From a bacterium HR19 (GTDB lineage Bacteria; Calescibacteriota; Calescibacteriia; Calescibacteriales; Calescibacteriaceae), in assembly GCA_002898315.1 (NCBI GenBank), contig BEHV01000005.1, positions 8,859 to 72,858 on the forward strand: a stretch of DNA of 64,000 bases. Direction: 5' to 3'. Each line of letters starts with the position of its first letter. Positions within the stretch are counted from its first letter, which is position 1. A program made the translations under genes and the position numbers. Of the stretch, positions 31,083 to 41,462 are shown one piece after another. The notes under the pieces are model-generated. The model searched no databases. It had not been told where the DNA came from and saw only the letters and a list, made by a program, of their open reading frames with translations.

Positions 31083-32147
31083 ATGAAAATAATAACCCAA
31101 GAAAAACCCGTATTAGACGAATCAAAGCGTATAAAACCAAAAATCTTTCTCACCCTATCGGAGTGGAGAAAAGGTGAAGGCGGAATGAGAAAAAAAGGTC
31201 TTTTCAAACACAACTACAAAAAAGTAGAAAACACCTGGTATATATGTGATCAATACCTAAATCCGGTAAAGCCGGCTCCATTTCAGATTCAAGAAAAAAT
31301 TGAGAAATTTTGCAGAGAGAGAAATTTTTTTTCAGATAAACTTCCTCTTGTCTCCGTAATAACCGCGTCCTTAAATTCAGAAAAAACAATTGAAGAAAGC
31401 ATAAAAAGCGTAATAGCACAATCTTATCCAAATCTGGAGTTCATAATAATTGATGGTGGAAGCACAGATAGAACACTGGAAATAATAAAAAAATACGAAG
31501 ATAGCATAGATTACTGGGTAAGTGAAAAAGACAGCGGAATATATGATGCATTCAACAAGGGTGTAATTTTATCTTTCGGAAAATGGATAGCATTTTTGGG
31601 TTCAGACGATATAATGTTTCAAGATGCAATAGAAACACTCATAAAGCATAGCATTCAATTTGAAAGAGAAAGAGGAACAGAACCCGACTATTGTTCGGGG
31701 AAGATAAAAATACTCTACGAAAATGGGAAATACGAAGGAATTTTTGGGAAAAGATGGAATTGGATAGAGTTCAGGTTTAAGATGACAACAGCTCATCCTG
31801 CCTCTCTTCACAACAGAAAACTGTTTGATGAAGTCGGACTCTTCAACGCTCAATATAAAATCGCAGGAGATTATGAACTGCTCCTCAGAAAAAAAGACAA
31901 ACTCAAAGCAGAATTTGTAGATAAAGTGGTATGCGTGGTTAGGGAAGGCGTTAGCAAAAAAAAAGGTAAGCTTGGGCTAAAAGAAGCGGTAGATGCACAG
32001 GTTAAACTCTCTATACTTCCCCCATCAATTGCAAACGCGTACTTTTATATTCACTACCTCAGATTTCTCGGTGGAAAATTGAAACGCAAAATCATATACT
32101 TCCTCAAAAACTTAAAAAACATCAGAATAAGAATTCAGATATTTTGA
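31083..32147 (+). CDS. glycosyltransferase family 2
   Basis: PLVSVIT, IIIDGGSTD, SEKDSGIYDAFNKG, FLGSDD, AGDYELLLR. Confidence 0.9.
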   Translation: MKIITQEKPVLDESKRIKPKIFLTLSEWRKGEGGMRKKGLFKHNYKKVENTWYICDQYLNPVKPAPFQIQEKIEKFCRERNFFSDKLPLVSVITASLNSEKTIEESIKSVIAQSYPNLEFIIIDGGSTDRTLEIIKKYEDSIDYWVSEKDSGIYDAFNKGVILSFGKWIAFLGSDDIMFQDAIETLIKHSIQFERERGTEPDYCSGKIKILYENGKYEGIFGKRWNWIEFRFKMTTAHPASLHNRKLFDEVGLFNAQYKIAGDYELLLRKKDKLKAEFVDKVVCVVREGVSKKKGKLGLKEAVDAQVKLSILPPSIANAYFYIHYLRFLGGKLKRKIIYFLKNLKNIRIRIQIF

Positions 32148-32199
32148 TAATCTCAGAAAACCGAATTATTAAAAAATACATAAAATAATTTTTAACCTT

Positions 32200-33573
32200 A
32201 TGAAAGTGTTCAGACAAACAATAATTCTTTTTGTTCTCTTTGTTCTTGTGGTAGGGGGATATTTTCTTTTTCTCAAACCAGCAGAAAAAAGGAAAAAGGA
32301 AAAGGAAGAGAGAGAGAAAAAACTCATAGAATACGATTCTTCAAAGGTTTCTGAAATATGGATAGAAAAACCAGATGGACAGAAAGTCGGTTTCAGAAAA
32401 AAAGATTCAAAGTGGGATATAATATATCCTGTCTGGGCAGAAGCAGACAGATTCTCCGTAGACCCGATCGCATCAAGGTACTCCTCCGTAGAGATTGAAA
32501 GATTAATAGAGAAAAATCCGAAAGACCTTAAAGAATTTGGTTTAGATAATCCGAGGTTCAAGGTAAGAATAAAACTTGATGACGGGAAGGAGTTCAGTAT
32601 TTTTATCGGGCTGAAATCACAGGTTGGCTACAGCGTATATGCAATGCGAGAGGATGACCCAGAAAAAAGGGTCGTTCTTGTAAGCGGAGCGCTTGAATCA
32701 GTCATAGATAAAAAATTTGAAGATTTCAGAGAGAGAAGACCTATGGACTTTGTAGTCCCAGATGTAAAGGAACTCACAATAGAAAAGGGGAGTCAGACCT
32801 ATCTTTTTGAAAAGAGAGAAGAGGGAGGTACAACCTGGTATATAAAATTTCCAGAAAACACAACTTTTGCGAAAGCAAAAGAAAGCGAAGTGAGGGACCT
32901 TCTCTACAAAATAAACGGAATAAAAGTTGTAAGCTTCGTTTCAGACACAACAGAACCTCATTTTGATTTCGGCGAGCCAGATATAATAATAAGGGCTTTA
33001 ACTCAGGGCGGAGAAAAATTTGAACTTTTGCTGAAGCTGAAAGATAAACAGATATATGCAAAAAGACCAGATAGACCTAATATCTTTACTGTGGAGGTTG
33101 GCGGAGATTTCTACAATACCCTTTTTGCATCAAAGTACAGAGAGAGAAAAGTGATAAGCTACTATGTATGGAGAGTAAAAGAGATAGCAATTGAAAGAAA
33201 AGATAAATCAACAATAATCCAGAGAGATAGAGAAAATGTTGAAAAGTGGTACCTTTTGGGAAAAGACCAGAAAAAAGAACTTGACTCTTCAAAAGTAAAA
33301 GAGCTCCTCTCTCAACTTTCTAATGTAGAAGTGGTAGATTTCGTAGAAGATAATGTGAAAGATATAACAAAATATATTCCAGAAGAGAAGGTGAGAATTA
33401 AAATAGAAGTAGAAGGTAAAGCGATACCTTATTACCTTGTTTTAGGTGAAGAAAAAAATATAAAGGGAACGAAAGGAATTTTAGGAGCTTTGCAAGACCA
33501 AAACGCAGTATACATCTTCCCCCCTTCTATCACAAACATAATATCACAGATTGAAAACCTTGCAGGAACCTAA
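32200..33573 (+). CDS. DUF4340 domain protein
   Basis: N-terminal TM anchor; three repeats including LKEFGLDNP and FRERR motifs. Confidence 0.72.
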   Translation: MKVFRQTIILFVLFVLVVGGYFLFLKPAEKRKKEKEEREKKLIEYDSSKVSEIWIEKPDGQKVGFRKKDSKWDIIYPVWAEADRFSVDPIASRYSSVEIERLIEKNPKDLKEFGLDNPRFKVRIKLDDGKEFSIFIGLKSQVGYSVYAMREDDPEKRVVLVSGALESVIDKKFEDFRERRPMDFVVPDVKELTIEKGSQTYLFEKREEGGTTWYIKFPENTTFAKAKESEVRDLLYKINGIKVVSFVSDTTEPHFDFGEPDIIIRALTQGGEKFELLLKLKDKQIYAKRPDRPNIFTVEVGGDFYNTLFASKYRERKVISYYVWRVKEIAIERKDKSTIIQRDRENVEKWYLLGKDQKKELDSSKVKELLSQLSNVEVVDFVEDNVKDITKYIPEEKVRIKIEVEGKAIPYYLVLGEEKNIKGTKGILGALQDQNAVYIFPPSITNIISQIENLAGT

Positions 33574-33679
33574 AAATTCAAAATGTAAAAACTGAAAAGA
33601 ATTAAGATTTAACAAGAAATAATAAGAGATAAGTAAATAATTCTCAATAAACTACGATAAAATATTTCTTTGAAGAAAA

Positions 33680-36600
33680 ATGTCGGGAAAGAAAAACGAT
33701 AATTCCAGAAAGGTCGGTTGTCATATATCTTATCAAAATTTCTCGTTCTACTTTTTCTGCTTTCTATTTCTTATTTTTTCCTGTGCAAGAGGTACTGGAA
33801 AACCCACTCCGGAGTTCAGGATACTTGATTTCTTCCCGCCGAGCGGATTTCAACTTCCCCTCACTTCCATTCCGCTGAAAATTTCCATTTCGTTCTCAAA
33901 AATCTTAGATGAAACCACTATATCAGATGACACAATAAAGGTGTTCAAAGACGGAGTAGAGATAAAAAAGCAGATAAAGATCATAAATAGACAGAAAGTA
34001 GAACTAACCCCTGACATAACAGGTTTGGGAAAATATAAGGTCTTCGTCTCAAAAAAGGTAAAGAGCATAATAGGACAAGAACTTCAAGACGATTTCTCTT
34101 GGGAATTTTTGGTTGTTGAAGGTCAAATCTCTGTTATTCCTCCACCTACTCTCCCCCCACTCGTAAAAAAAATATACCCCCCACACCTTTCAGTTGTCAG
34201 ACGAGACACAATTATATACGCTGTCTTTTCAAAAAGAATAGTTAATATAAACTCCTCAAACTTTTTCCTCCAAGATATAAACGGGAAGATAATTGATTCA
34301 ACAATAACTTACATAGAAGAAGAAAACATTGCTATTTTGAAGCCAAAAAATCTTCTTGAACCTTCTCAAACATATATAGTAACTTTACGAGAAGACATAA
34401 CCGCTTTTGATGGAGAAAAATTAGGAGTAAATGTTGTATGGCTTTTCAGCACTTTTGGAATCTCCGCAGATACAAATCCGCCAGAAGTTATCTTCATCTC
34501 TCCACCCCCAAACTCCACAGGAGTTCCACTGAACACCAAAATAATAATCCTCTTTTCAGAAGATATAGATACATCAGATATAACATCAAGAGTAAATATT
34601 CTTGAAGGAGGTATAACTCCCGTAAATTATACTTTCAACTATGACCCTACTTTCTATCAGCTCACAATTTCTCCTCTAAATCTTCTAAAACCAAACACTC
34701 AGTACACAGCTAAGGTGAGAGTAAAAGACAAGAGCGGAAACGAAATGGTTCAAGATTTTATATCTGAATTCTCAACAGGAACAGCCACAGGTGTAGGAGG
34801 AGATAATATCCCCCCACAGCTCCTTGAAATATACATAGATAACAGAAAGGTAAATTTACCCGAACAGCCCACAAATGTGTCTTTGAACCCAACAATAAAG
34901 CTTGTATTCTCTAAACCTATAAACCCCTCAACGGTAAATTCATCTTCACTTTTCATAAGCGATTCCGCAAATAAAATAAACTCAAACATAACATTCAGCA
35001 CAGACCTGAGAACAGTTTCAATATCTCCGATTTCTTCTTTACAGCTTGGAAAAACATATTGGGTATACATAACAGGAGATATAAAGGACCTCGCAGGAAA
35101 TTCCCTTTCTAATCCCATCACATTTTCATTTACGACCCAATCTAACCCTTCAATTATCATAACTTCACCTTCGCCAAACTCATATATAAAAGGTATAATG
35201 AATGTTGAGGTGAGTTTTTCTGGAAACTTCCAGAAACTTGAACTCTGGATAAATTCATTGAGAAGACAGACAGCTACTCCTCCGTTCTCATCTCCCTTTG
35301 TTTTTCAAGAAGACACACGATTACACGCAGATGGACAAAAAGCAATAAGAGTTATAGGATACTTTTCAGGTGGCTCGACATCTTACTCTGTAAATGTGAC
35401 ATTTGACAATACCCCTCCCATAGCTTCAATTCAGAGTCCGCCAGAAGGTGGAGTGCTAACGGGCTCATCTGCGGAAATAACATCAGTAGTAAATGATTCC
35501 CCTGACGGAATCCTGAAAAGAGTTGAGCTCTATGTAGATGGAATATTTCATTCTATCCTTACGAGTCCGACAATCTCCCCAAATGTCTTCAAATTTAACC
35601 TCAATACGCTCTCTTACTCAGATGGCACACATACGATAGAGATAAAAGCAGAAGACCTCGCCGGGAACAGAGCTTCATCTGGAATAAGAAACATAAGAAT
35701 AGATAACACACCTCCGACAGGAAATTTCGTAAGTCCCTTACCGGAAGCAGTGGTGGGCGGATTGGTTACGCTTGAAGTAAATGCGTCAGATAACATAGGA
35801 ATTAAAAAAGTTGAGTTCTTTGTGAATAGTGTAAGAGTATGCGATGCAGAAACACTGATTTGCGAAAAAACATCTCCTCCTTACAAAATAGTATGGGATT
35901 CCACATCTATATCCTCTTTTCCATCAGCTTCTATTACAGCTTCTGTTGAAGACCTTGCTGGATTTAAAACAGTGTTCGGAATTTCCGTAACCATAGATAA
36001 TGTCTCCCCTTCTGTTGGTATAATAACTCCTCCGTCTGGCTCTTACATAAGGGGTTCAACACCGGTTCAGATTGCCAATTTTGATGCAAACGGAGTGACA
36101 GCGCTATCAATCTTTATAGATAGCGTAAAACTCTTTGATGTCTCAAATCCGTCAAATCCATACACCTTTATCTTAAACACATCACTTTATTCAGATGGAA
36201 CTCATTCAATAAGAGGAGTAGCATACGATAAAGCCGGGAATTCAAGTTTCTCTGAGATATTTGTTGTGATAGATAATACTCCACCGTCGGGAAGTATATC
36301 GGCTCCACCTTTGGGCTTTTTCACAAACTCAAATGGTCTGACAGTTCAGGTTTCAGCATCAGATAACATCCTCTTGAACAGAGTTGAGGTATATATAGAT
36401 GGGAATCTTGCAGGAACAGATAATTCGTCTCCCTATTCCATCGCAGCAGATATTTCTCTGCTTTTGGAAGGCACTCACAGCATAACAGCTGCGATATTTG
36501 ACGAAGCGGGAAACAGCTTTGTTACTCCTTCTCCAACAACTTTTATAATAGATAGAACTCCTCCAACCGCCTTCTTCGCTGAACCTTCAACTGATTCGGT

Positions 36601-39148
36601 TTTACAAGGAACAGTTACAATAAGAGTATCGGGAGTTGATTTGAACAGGGTTTCTTCTATAAGCATAACTGCTGGTTCAACTTCTCTTGGTTCATGCACG
36701 ATAAACGCTCCTTCTGGAACATGCATCAAAAACTGGGCTACAATGGGAGATGCAAACGATGTCGTTTTAACAGGGGTCGTCATAGACTCAGCCGGAAATC
36801 AAGAAGTAACTCAGATTGTTGTGATGGTAGATAATATCGCACCGTCAGCTTCTATTACATCTCCTACCGCGTTTTATCTTACTTGTCCTACAAATACTGT
36901 TATAGGAGTTTCAACTTCTGACATCAACACAATCACAGCAGTTGTTATAAGAGTAGTAGATGTAGCAACATCTTCAGAGCTTGCGAACATAGTATTTAAT
37001 ATATCACCTCCACAAACTCCTGTAAATGTGTTTGCAACTCTAACCCCAGTTCAGTGTGGTTCAGATGGTCTAAAGAGAATTTTTGCGACTTCCTACGATA
37101 AAGGTGGCAAAGCAAACACGCAAGTAAGAGATTTCACGGTTGATAATACACCTCCGGGGATAAGTATAATCTTTCCTTCTGCAAGCGAATGCGTTTCAAA
37201 TAGCCCTTCTGGTTCAACCAGAGTTGTATTTTCGGCGTGTGATAACGGATTTTTGCAGAAAGTAAGCTTCTATGTTGATACAACTCTGATAAACACAATA
37301 TCTCCGAACTCGTCAATTTCCTGCTCTACTCCGCAGACATACCAGATACCATGGAATTCATCATCTTTTTCAGATGGTCCTCACACAATTCAAATAATAG
37401 GTATTGACCTTGCAGGAAATACCAATACTCAAAGCGTACCGATATTAGTAGATAACACACCTCCTACTGTTACAATAATGTCACCACCCAACAACTCATC
37501 AATAAACTCTCCGATAGTTGTGAATGTAAATCTCGGGGATACAGGATGTGCTCCACCATCATATCCCTTCAAAAAAGTTGAGTATCAGATAAAGGTTTCT
37601 GATGTAGGTTCATTTATCTCATCAACGCGAGATTGCTCTACTTCGCGAAGAATTCCTTGCGTAGATACAAATGTGGGTTCCGGGACATCAACATTCCCTT
37701 GGGATGCAACAGAGTACTGTGGATTTTTCATCGTAAAAGCGATAGGCTACGATTACGCAGGAAATAAAGCAGAGGCAACATCAACTGTGAAGATTCAGCC
37801 ACCGGGATGCCCCATAGAGAAGTCGTGGAGTCCATTTAATGCAGTTGGCTCAATAAGTACAACACCAATTTTGAGAGACCTTGAAGGAGATGGAAAGAAA
37901 GAGATAATATTTGGAACATCTACCGGAAGAGTTTATGCTGTATCGCAAGCGACCGCAATTCAAAACTCAGATGCGGTGGGAAGCCCGATAAAAGGTGTGT
38001 TTTTAGAAATTCTTGTATCAGCTGTGAGAAAGCTTGTTTTCGGCACAGGAGACCCAGACAGAAAAATAAGAGTTCTCAACCTCACAGCTCCCTTCCTTTC
38101 ATCTTTTTCATCTCAAAGCACAGAAACCGCTGTTTTCTCTCCACCATCTACAATCTTCACAGATGGTTCTACCACAGTTGTTCTGGTTGGGGACCTCAAA
38201 GGGAGAGTTACAGCTTACGAGGTTGGATCATCTGGATTTACTTTCAGGCAGTGCTATCCAGCGGGAGCGCCTCTTGAATGCGGATTGAACAGCGCTCCAA
38301 TATCAGATATAAACGGAGACCTTCAACCAGATATAGTTTCCTCTCCGCTTCCCGTAGACACAAATTGTGACGGAAGCTATGACACAATAATAGTTACCGC
38401 ATCTGATGGATACATAACTGCGATAAACCTTGCAACACGGACTAAAATATGGACTATCTACACTGGAACCTCACTTGATTCATCTCCAATTCTGGCTGAC
38501 TTCGGAAACGATTGCAACTTTGAAATATTGGTTGCAACCAAAGGAGGAGCGCTCTACTGCGTCAGCGAAACCGGTGGATTGTGTTCAGGATGGACATCAC
38601 AGTATTTCACAGCAGGAGCTCAGATAATCTCTCCACCCGCAGTTACAGATGTTGATTCCTGTCTCCCAGCAATAGGGGACACAAATCAGGAGATAATATT
38701 TGGCAACACGGGAGGAAATTTATATATTCTCTCTCAATCGGGGAACCTGAAATCACAGCGGAATCTCGGCTCATTTATAGTATCTACTCCTGCAATAGCA
38801 GACATAAACGGAGACGGCTGTGGAGAGATATTTGTTGCAACAGGTGATGGTAAAGTTCACGGGTTTTATCTTGTAAATAGGGCTGGTCAGCTCTATCCCG
38901 AATATATAACAGGATTCCCCAAATCAACGGGTGGAAACATATCTTCAAATCCTATCTCTCCGATAGTATGTGATATAGATGGTGATTCAAGTTTAGACCT
39001 CATAATAGGAAATGATTCCGGCTCTTTGAGAATTTATGATCTTGGAACTTCGGGCGGTACAGCGAAGTGGATACCGGGCGGTAGGTTCTGTGCTCCAAAT
39101 GCATTCGGATGCCAGACAAGATGGGAAACTTCAATCTGTGGTTGGTAA
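33680..39148 (+). CDS. large surface lipoprotein: SbsA-type Ig domains, tandem bacterial Ig domains, C-terminal FG-GAP/VCBS propeller
   Basis: Lipobox FLIFSC; recurring D(L/K)AGN...DNTPP units; DLEGDG, DINGDL, DINGDG, DIDGD motifs; Ser/Thr/Pro-rich. Confidence 0.85.
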   Translation: MSGKKNDNSRKVGCHISYQNFSFYFFCFLFLIFSCARGTGKPTPEFRILDFFPPSGFQLPLTSIPLKISISFSKILDETTISDDTIKVFKDGVEIKKQIKIINRQKVELTPDITGLGKYKVFVSKKVKSIIGQELQDDFSWEFLVVEGQISVIPPPTLPPLVKKIYPPHLSVVRRDTIIYAVFSKRIVNINSSNFFLQDINGKIIDSTITYIEEENIAILKPKNLLEPSQTYIVTLREDITAFDGEKLGVNVVWLFSTFGISADTNPPEVIFISPPPNSTGVPLNTKIIILFSEDIDTSDITSRVNILEGGITPVNYTFNYDPTFYQLTISPLNLLKPNTQYTAKVRVKDKSGNEMVQDFISEFSTGTATGVGGDNIPPQLLEIYIDNRKVNLPEQPTNVSLNPTIKLVFSKPINPSTVNSSSLFISDSANKINSNITFSTDLRTVSISPISSLQLGKTYWVYITGDIKDLAGNSLSNPITFSFTTQSNPSIIITSPSPNSYIKGIMNVEVSFSGNFQKLELWINSLRRQTATPPFSSPFVFQEDTRLHADGQKAIRVIGYFSGGSTSYSVNVTFDNTPPIASIQSPPEGGVLTGSSAEITSVVNDSPDGILKRVELYVDGIFHSILTSPTISPNVFKFNLNTLSYSDGTHTIEIKAEDLAGNRASSGIRNIRIDNTPPTGNFVSPLPEAVVGGLVTLEVNASDNIGIKKVEFFVNSVRVCDAETLICEKTSPPYKIVWDSTSISSFPSASITASVEDLAGFKTVFGISVTIDNVSPSVGIITPPSGSYIRGSTPVQIANFDANGVTALSIFIDSVKLFDVSNPSNPYTFILNTSLYSDGTHSIRGVAYDKAGNSSFSEIFVVIDNTPPSGSISAPPLGFFTNSNGLTVQVSASDNILLNRVEVYIDGNLAGTDNSSPYSIAADISLLLEGTHSITAAIFDEAGNSFVTPSPTTFIIDRTPPTAFFAEPSTDSVLQGTVTIRVSGVDLNRVSSISITAGSTSLGSCTINAPSGTCIKNWATMGDANDVVLTGVVIDSAGNQEVTQIVVMVDNIAPSASITSPTAFYLTCPTNTVIGVSTSDINTITAVVIRVVDVATSSELANIVFNISPPQTPVNVFATLTPVQCGSDGLKRIFATSYDKGGKANTQVRDFTVDNTPPGISIIFPSASECVSNSPSGSTRVVFSACDNGFLQKVSFYVDTTLINTISPNSSISCSTPQTYQIPWNSSSFSDGPHTIQIIGIDLAGNTNTQSVPILVDNTPPTVTIMSPPNNSSINSPIVVNVNLGDTGCAPPSYPFKKVEYQIKVSDVGSFISSTRDCSTSRRIPCVDTNVGSGTSTFPWDATEYCGFFIVKAIGYDYAGNKAEATSTVKIQPPGCPIEKSWSPFNAVGSISTTPILRDLEGDGKKEIIFGTSTGRVYAVSQATAIQNSDAVGSPIKGVFLEILVSAVRKLVFGTGDPDRKIRVLNLTAPFLSSFSSQSTETAVFSPPSTIFTDGSTTVVLVGDLKGRVTAYEVGSSGFTFRQCYPAGAPLECGLNSAPISDINGDLQPDIVSSPLPVDTNCDGSYDTIIVTASDGYITAINLATRTKIWTIYTGTSLDSSPILADFGNDCNFEILVATKGGALYCVSETGGLCSGWTSQYFTAGAQIISPPAVTDVDSCLPAIGDTNQEIIFGNTGGNLYILSQSGNLKSQRNLGSFIVSTPAIADINGDGCGEIFVATGDGKVHGFYLVNRAGQLYPEYITGFPKSTGGNISSNPISPIVCDIDGDSSLDLIIGNDSGSLRIYDLGTSGGTAKWIPGGRFCAPNAFGCQTRWETSICGW

Positions 39149-39244
39149 TGAATATTGACAAAAAATTCAGGGAAGCTAAAAAATTCTGAAAAAGTGGAAC
39201 TTGGAAATTTTTATTTTATCTAATTTATTGATTTTATTCTTTCT

Positions 39245-39319
39245 GCCCCCATCGTCTAGCCCGGACTAGGACACCGGTCTTTCAAGCCGGGAACGGGGGT
39301 TCAAATCCCCCTGGGGGCG
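39245..39319 (+). tRNA. tRNA-Glu(TTC)
   Basis: GCCCCCA/TGGGGGC acceptor stem, anticodon arm CCGGT-CTTTCAA-GCCGG, GTTCAAATC; CCA not encoded. Confidence 0.95.
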
Positions 39320-39329
39320 CAAAAAATCA

Positions 39330-40400
39330 GTGGAAAATCATAAAGATTCACTAAAAGAGCTTGAACAAATAGCTAAAAACGCAGAAAAAAAGACGAAAAT
39401 AAAAGTAAGCCCAAAAGATGTAGAGGATATAATATCTGCTGTAAAAACAACCGGAAATTTCTGGCAGATTGTAAATTTCTCACAAAAACCTATTCCTGTT
39501 GTCGCAGAAACTATAAGGTTGCTGAAAAAATCTGGTTACATTGATTTTGAGAACGAAAACATAAAAGTTCTTGAGAAGTTTGAAAAAAAATTTGACTATA
39601 TTCCAAAGTTCATGAGCGAACTGATTTGCCCGGAGTGTCAAGGAAGAGGAATAAACATAAAAGCAATAGGAATATATGAAGAGTTTTTTGAAATACAGAA
39701 AAACAGACCCAAGCCCATTCAGGAATACGACCAGGGGAATATAACACCAGATAGCACCATAGCAAGGGTCTCTATGATGCGATTGAGAGGCGACATAGCA
39801 AAAAAGAAGATAATAGTTTTGGGAGATGATGATCTTGTTGGAATAGCTCTCGCACTGACAGAACTCCCAGAAGAAGTCGTAGTTCTTGATATAGATAAAC
39901 GACTTATTGATTTCACAAACGAAGTTGCGCAGAGCAAAGGTTTAAAACTCAAAGCAGAAGTTTTTGACCTCAGAAAGCCACTGCCCAGAGAGTTCAACAG
40001 AAGATTTGATGTGTTTGTTACAGACCCACCAGAAGCAAAAAAAGCATTTGAAACATTCATTCAAAAATCTATCTGGTGCCTCAAAGGTGTTGGTTCCGTC
40101 GGATACATAGGTATGACACTTATTGATTCCTCTCTATATAAATGGAGTGAATTACAAAAAATAATACTCAGCTCCGGAGCAGTAATAACCGATATAATAA
40201 GAGATTTCAATAAATACGAAAATTGGGATTACCATCAGAACACCCTCGCATGGAAAATAGCTCCCGTGAAAAGTCCAGCAAACACCATCTGGTATGTTTC
40301 AGTGATGGTGAGAATACAGATTGTCAGAAAACCTGTTGCGAAAAACACTTTGATGAAAGATAAAGATATTTATATTGATACAGAAAGCACTACCACATAA
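39330..40400 (+). CDS. bpsA: branched-chain polyamine synthase (N4-bis(aminopropyl)spermidine synthase, DUF43)
   Basis: CPECQGRG, RPKPIQEYDQG, LGDDDLVG, VLDIDKRL, DLRKPLP, TDPPE. Confidence 0.88.
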   Translation: MENHKDSLKELEQIAKNAEKKTKIKVSPKDVEDIISAVKTTGNFWQIVNFSQKPIPVVAETIRLLKKSGYIDFENENIKVLEKFEKKFDYIPKFMSELICPECQGRGINIKAIGIYEEFFEIQKNRPKPIQEYDQGNITPDSTIARVSMMRLRGDIAKKKIIVLGDDDLVGIALALTELPEEVVVLDIDKRLIDFTNEVAQSKGLKLKAEVFDLRKPLPREFNRRFDVFVTDPPEAKKAFETFIQKSIWCLKGVGSVGYIGMTLIDSSLYKWSELQKIILSSGAVITDIIRDFNKYENWDYHQNTLAWKIAPVKSPANTIWYVSVMVRIQIVRKPVAKNTLMKDKDIYIDTESTTT

Positions 40401-40424
40401 AAATTTCAAGATTACGCGGAAAAG

Positions 40425-41435
40425 TTATTCTTCTGAATGAATTTGAGATATGTGTTTCCCTCCGAAGAGCAAAGATATAGTTTTTGCTTCGCGCATCCAT
40501 TTTTCAACCGGATGATCCTTTACAAAACCGTGTCCCCCGAGTATCTGGACTCCCCATACGGTAAATTTTTCGGCATTTTCGGAAATGAACGAGAATGCAT
40601 CTGCACACACCTGAAAGAAGTTTTCTTGTTTCGTGTCAAGCGACCAAGCCGCCTTCCATAAGTAAAGCTGACAGGCAGAAGCAGCAATGGAAAAATCAGA
40701 AAGTAAAAAAGCCATACCCTGATGATGAGCTATCTTTTTCCCGAAAGCTTCCCTCTCCATAGCGTAAGCAGAAGAGTATTCAAAACTCGCTCTCAAAATT
40801 CCAGTATCAATCGCAGAAAGATATAACCTCGCAACAGATAAAAAATACCTGCCCTTATCTTTTAGCTCAAAAACATCTTCTGGTTCGGAACCAGAGAGTT
40901 TCACTTCATTCACTCCCACAGCATCTAATCCAAGTGGTTTTTTTCTCTGAATCTCAAAATTTCTGAACACAAGAACTTTCCCATCTTTTATGAGAAAGAA
41001 AAACTCTATATCTCTCCCGAGAACCGCCTTTGCATAACCGGTGTATTTCCCTTTTTCCTCAGAGAAATTGTTATCAAAATCAATGTATATTCCAACCTTG
41101 CTCATTTTTTCTTTGTATTTTGATTTTGCATTCTCATCAGCAAAAACGAGAATATGTGAGTTAAAAGATGGGAGTTCAAGGAAAAGTGTAGCACCCGCAC
41201 ATCCCCATGCCATATTCTCAAGAGCTAAAACTTTCTTGAAAAATCCCGCGTTCATACCTCCGAGTTCTTCTGGTATGTCAATAAGAGCAAAACCTGTTTC
41301 CTGATATTTTTTTATAATTTCGGGAGATACTCCATCTTTCTCCCACTTTCTCATACCATCTCTGAGAAGTTTCCCAAAGTTCTTGGCTGTATCTTCTATC
41401 ATTCTCTCCTCATCATCTAATGCAAAGCTTATCAT
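40425..41435 (-). CDS. acyl-CoA dehydrogenase family protein (short, divergent)
   Basis: IPEELGG, EREAFGKKIAHHQG, VQILGGHGFVKDHPVEKWMREAK. Confidence 0.85.
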   Translation of the reverse strand: MISFALDDEERMIEDTAKNFGKLLRDGMRKWEKDGVSPEIIKKYQETGFALIDIPEELGGMNAGFFKKVLALENMAWGCAGATLFLELPSFNSHILVFADENAKSKYKEKMSKVGIYIDFDNNFSEEKGKYTGYAKAVLGRDIEFFFLIKDGKVLVFRNFEIQRKKPLGLDAVGVNEVKLSGSEPEDVFELKDKGRYFLSVARLYLSAIDTGILRASFEYSSAYAMEREAFGKKIAHHQGMAFLLSDFSIAASACQLYLWKAAWSLDTKQENFFQVCADAFSFISENAEKFTVWGVQILGGHGFVKDHPVEKWMREAKTISLLFGGKHISQIHSEE

Positions 41436-41462
41436 ACTTTTTTCACCTCCATTTTGGGTGCT

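Noticed and set aside
33680-39148. CRISPR array or DNA tandem repeat behind recurring GATAACACACCTCC-like strings
   Set aside because: They encode DNTPP linkers within one ORF, are degenerate and about 300 bp apart; no repeat-spacer array or cas genes seen in the window.
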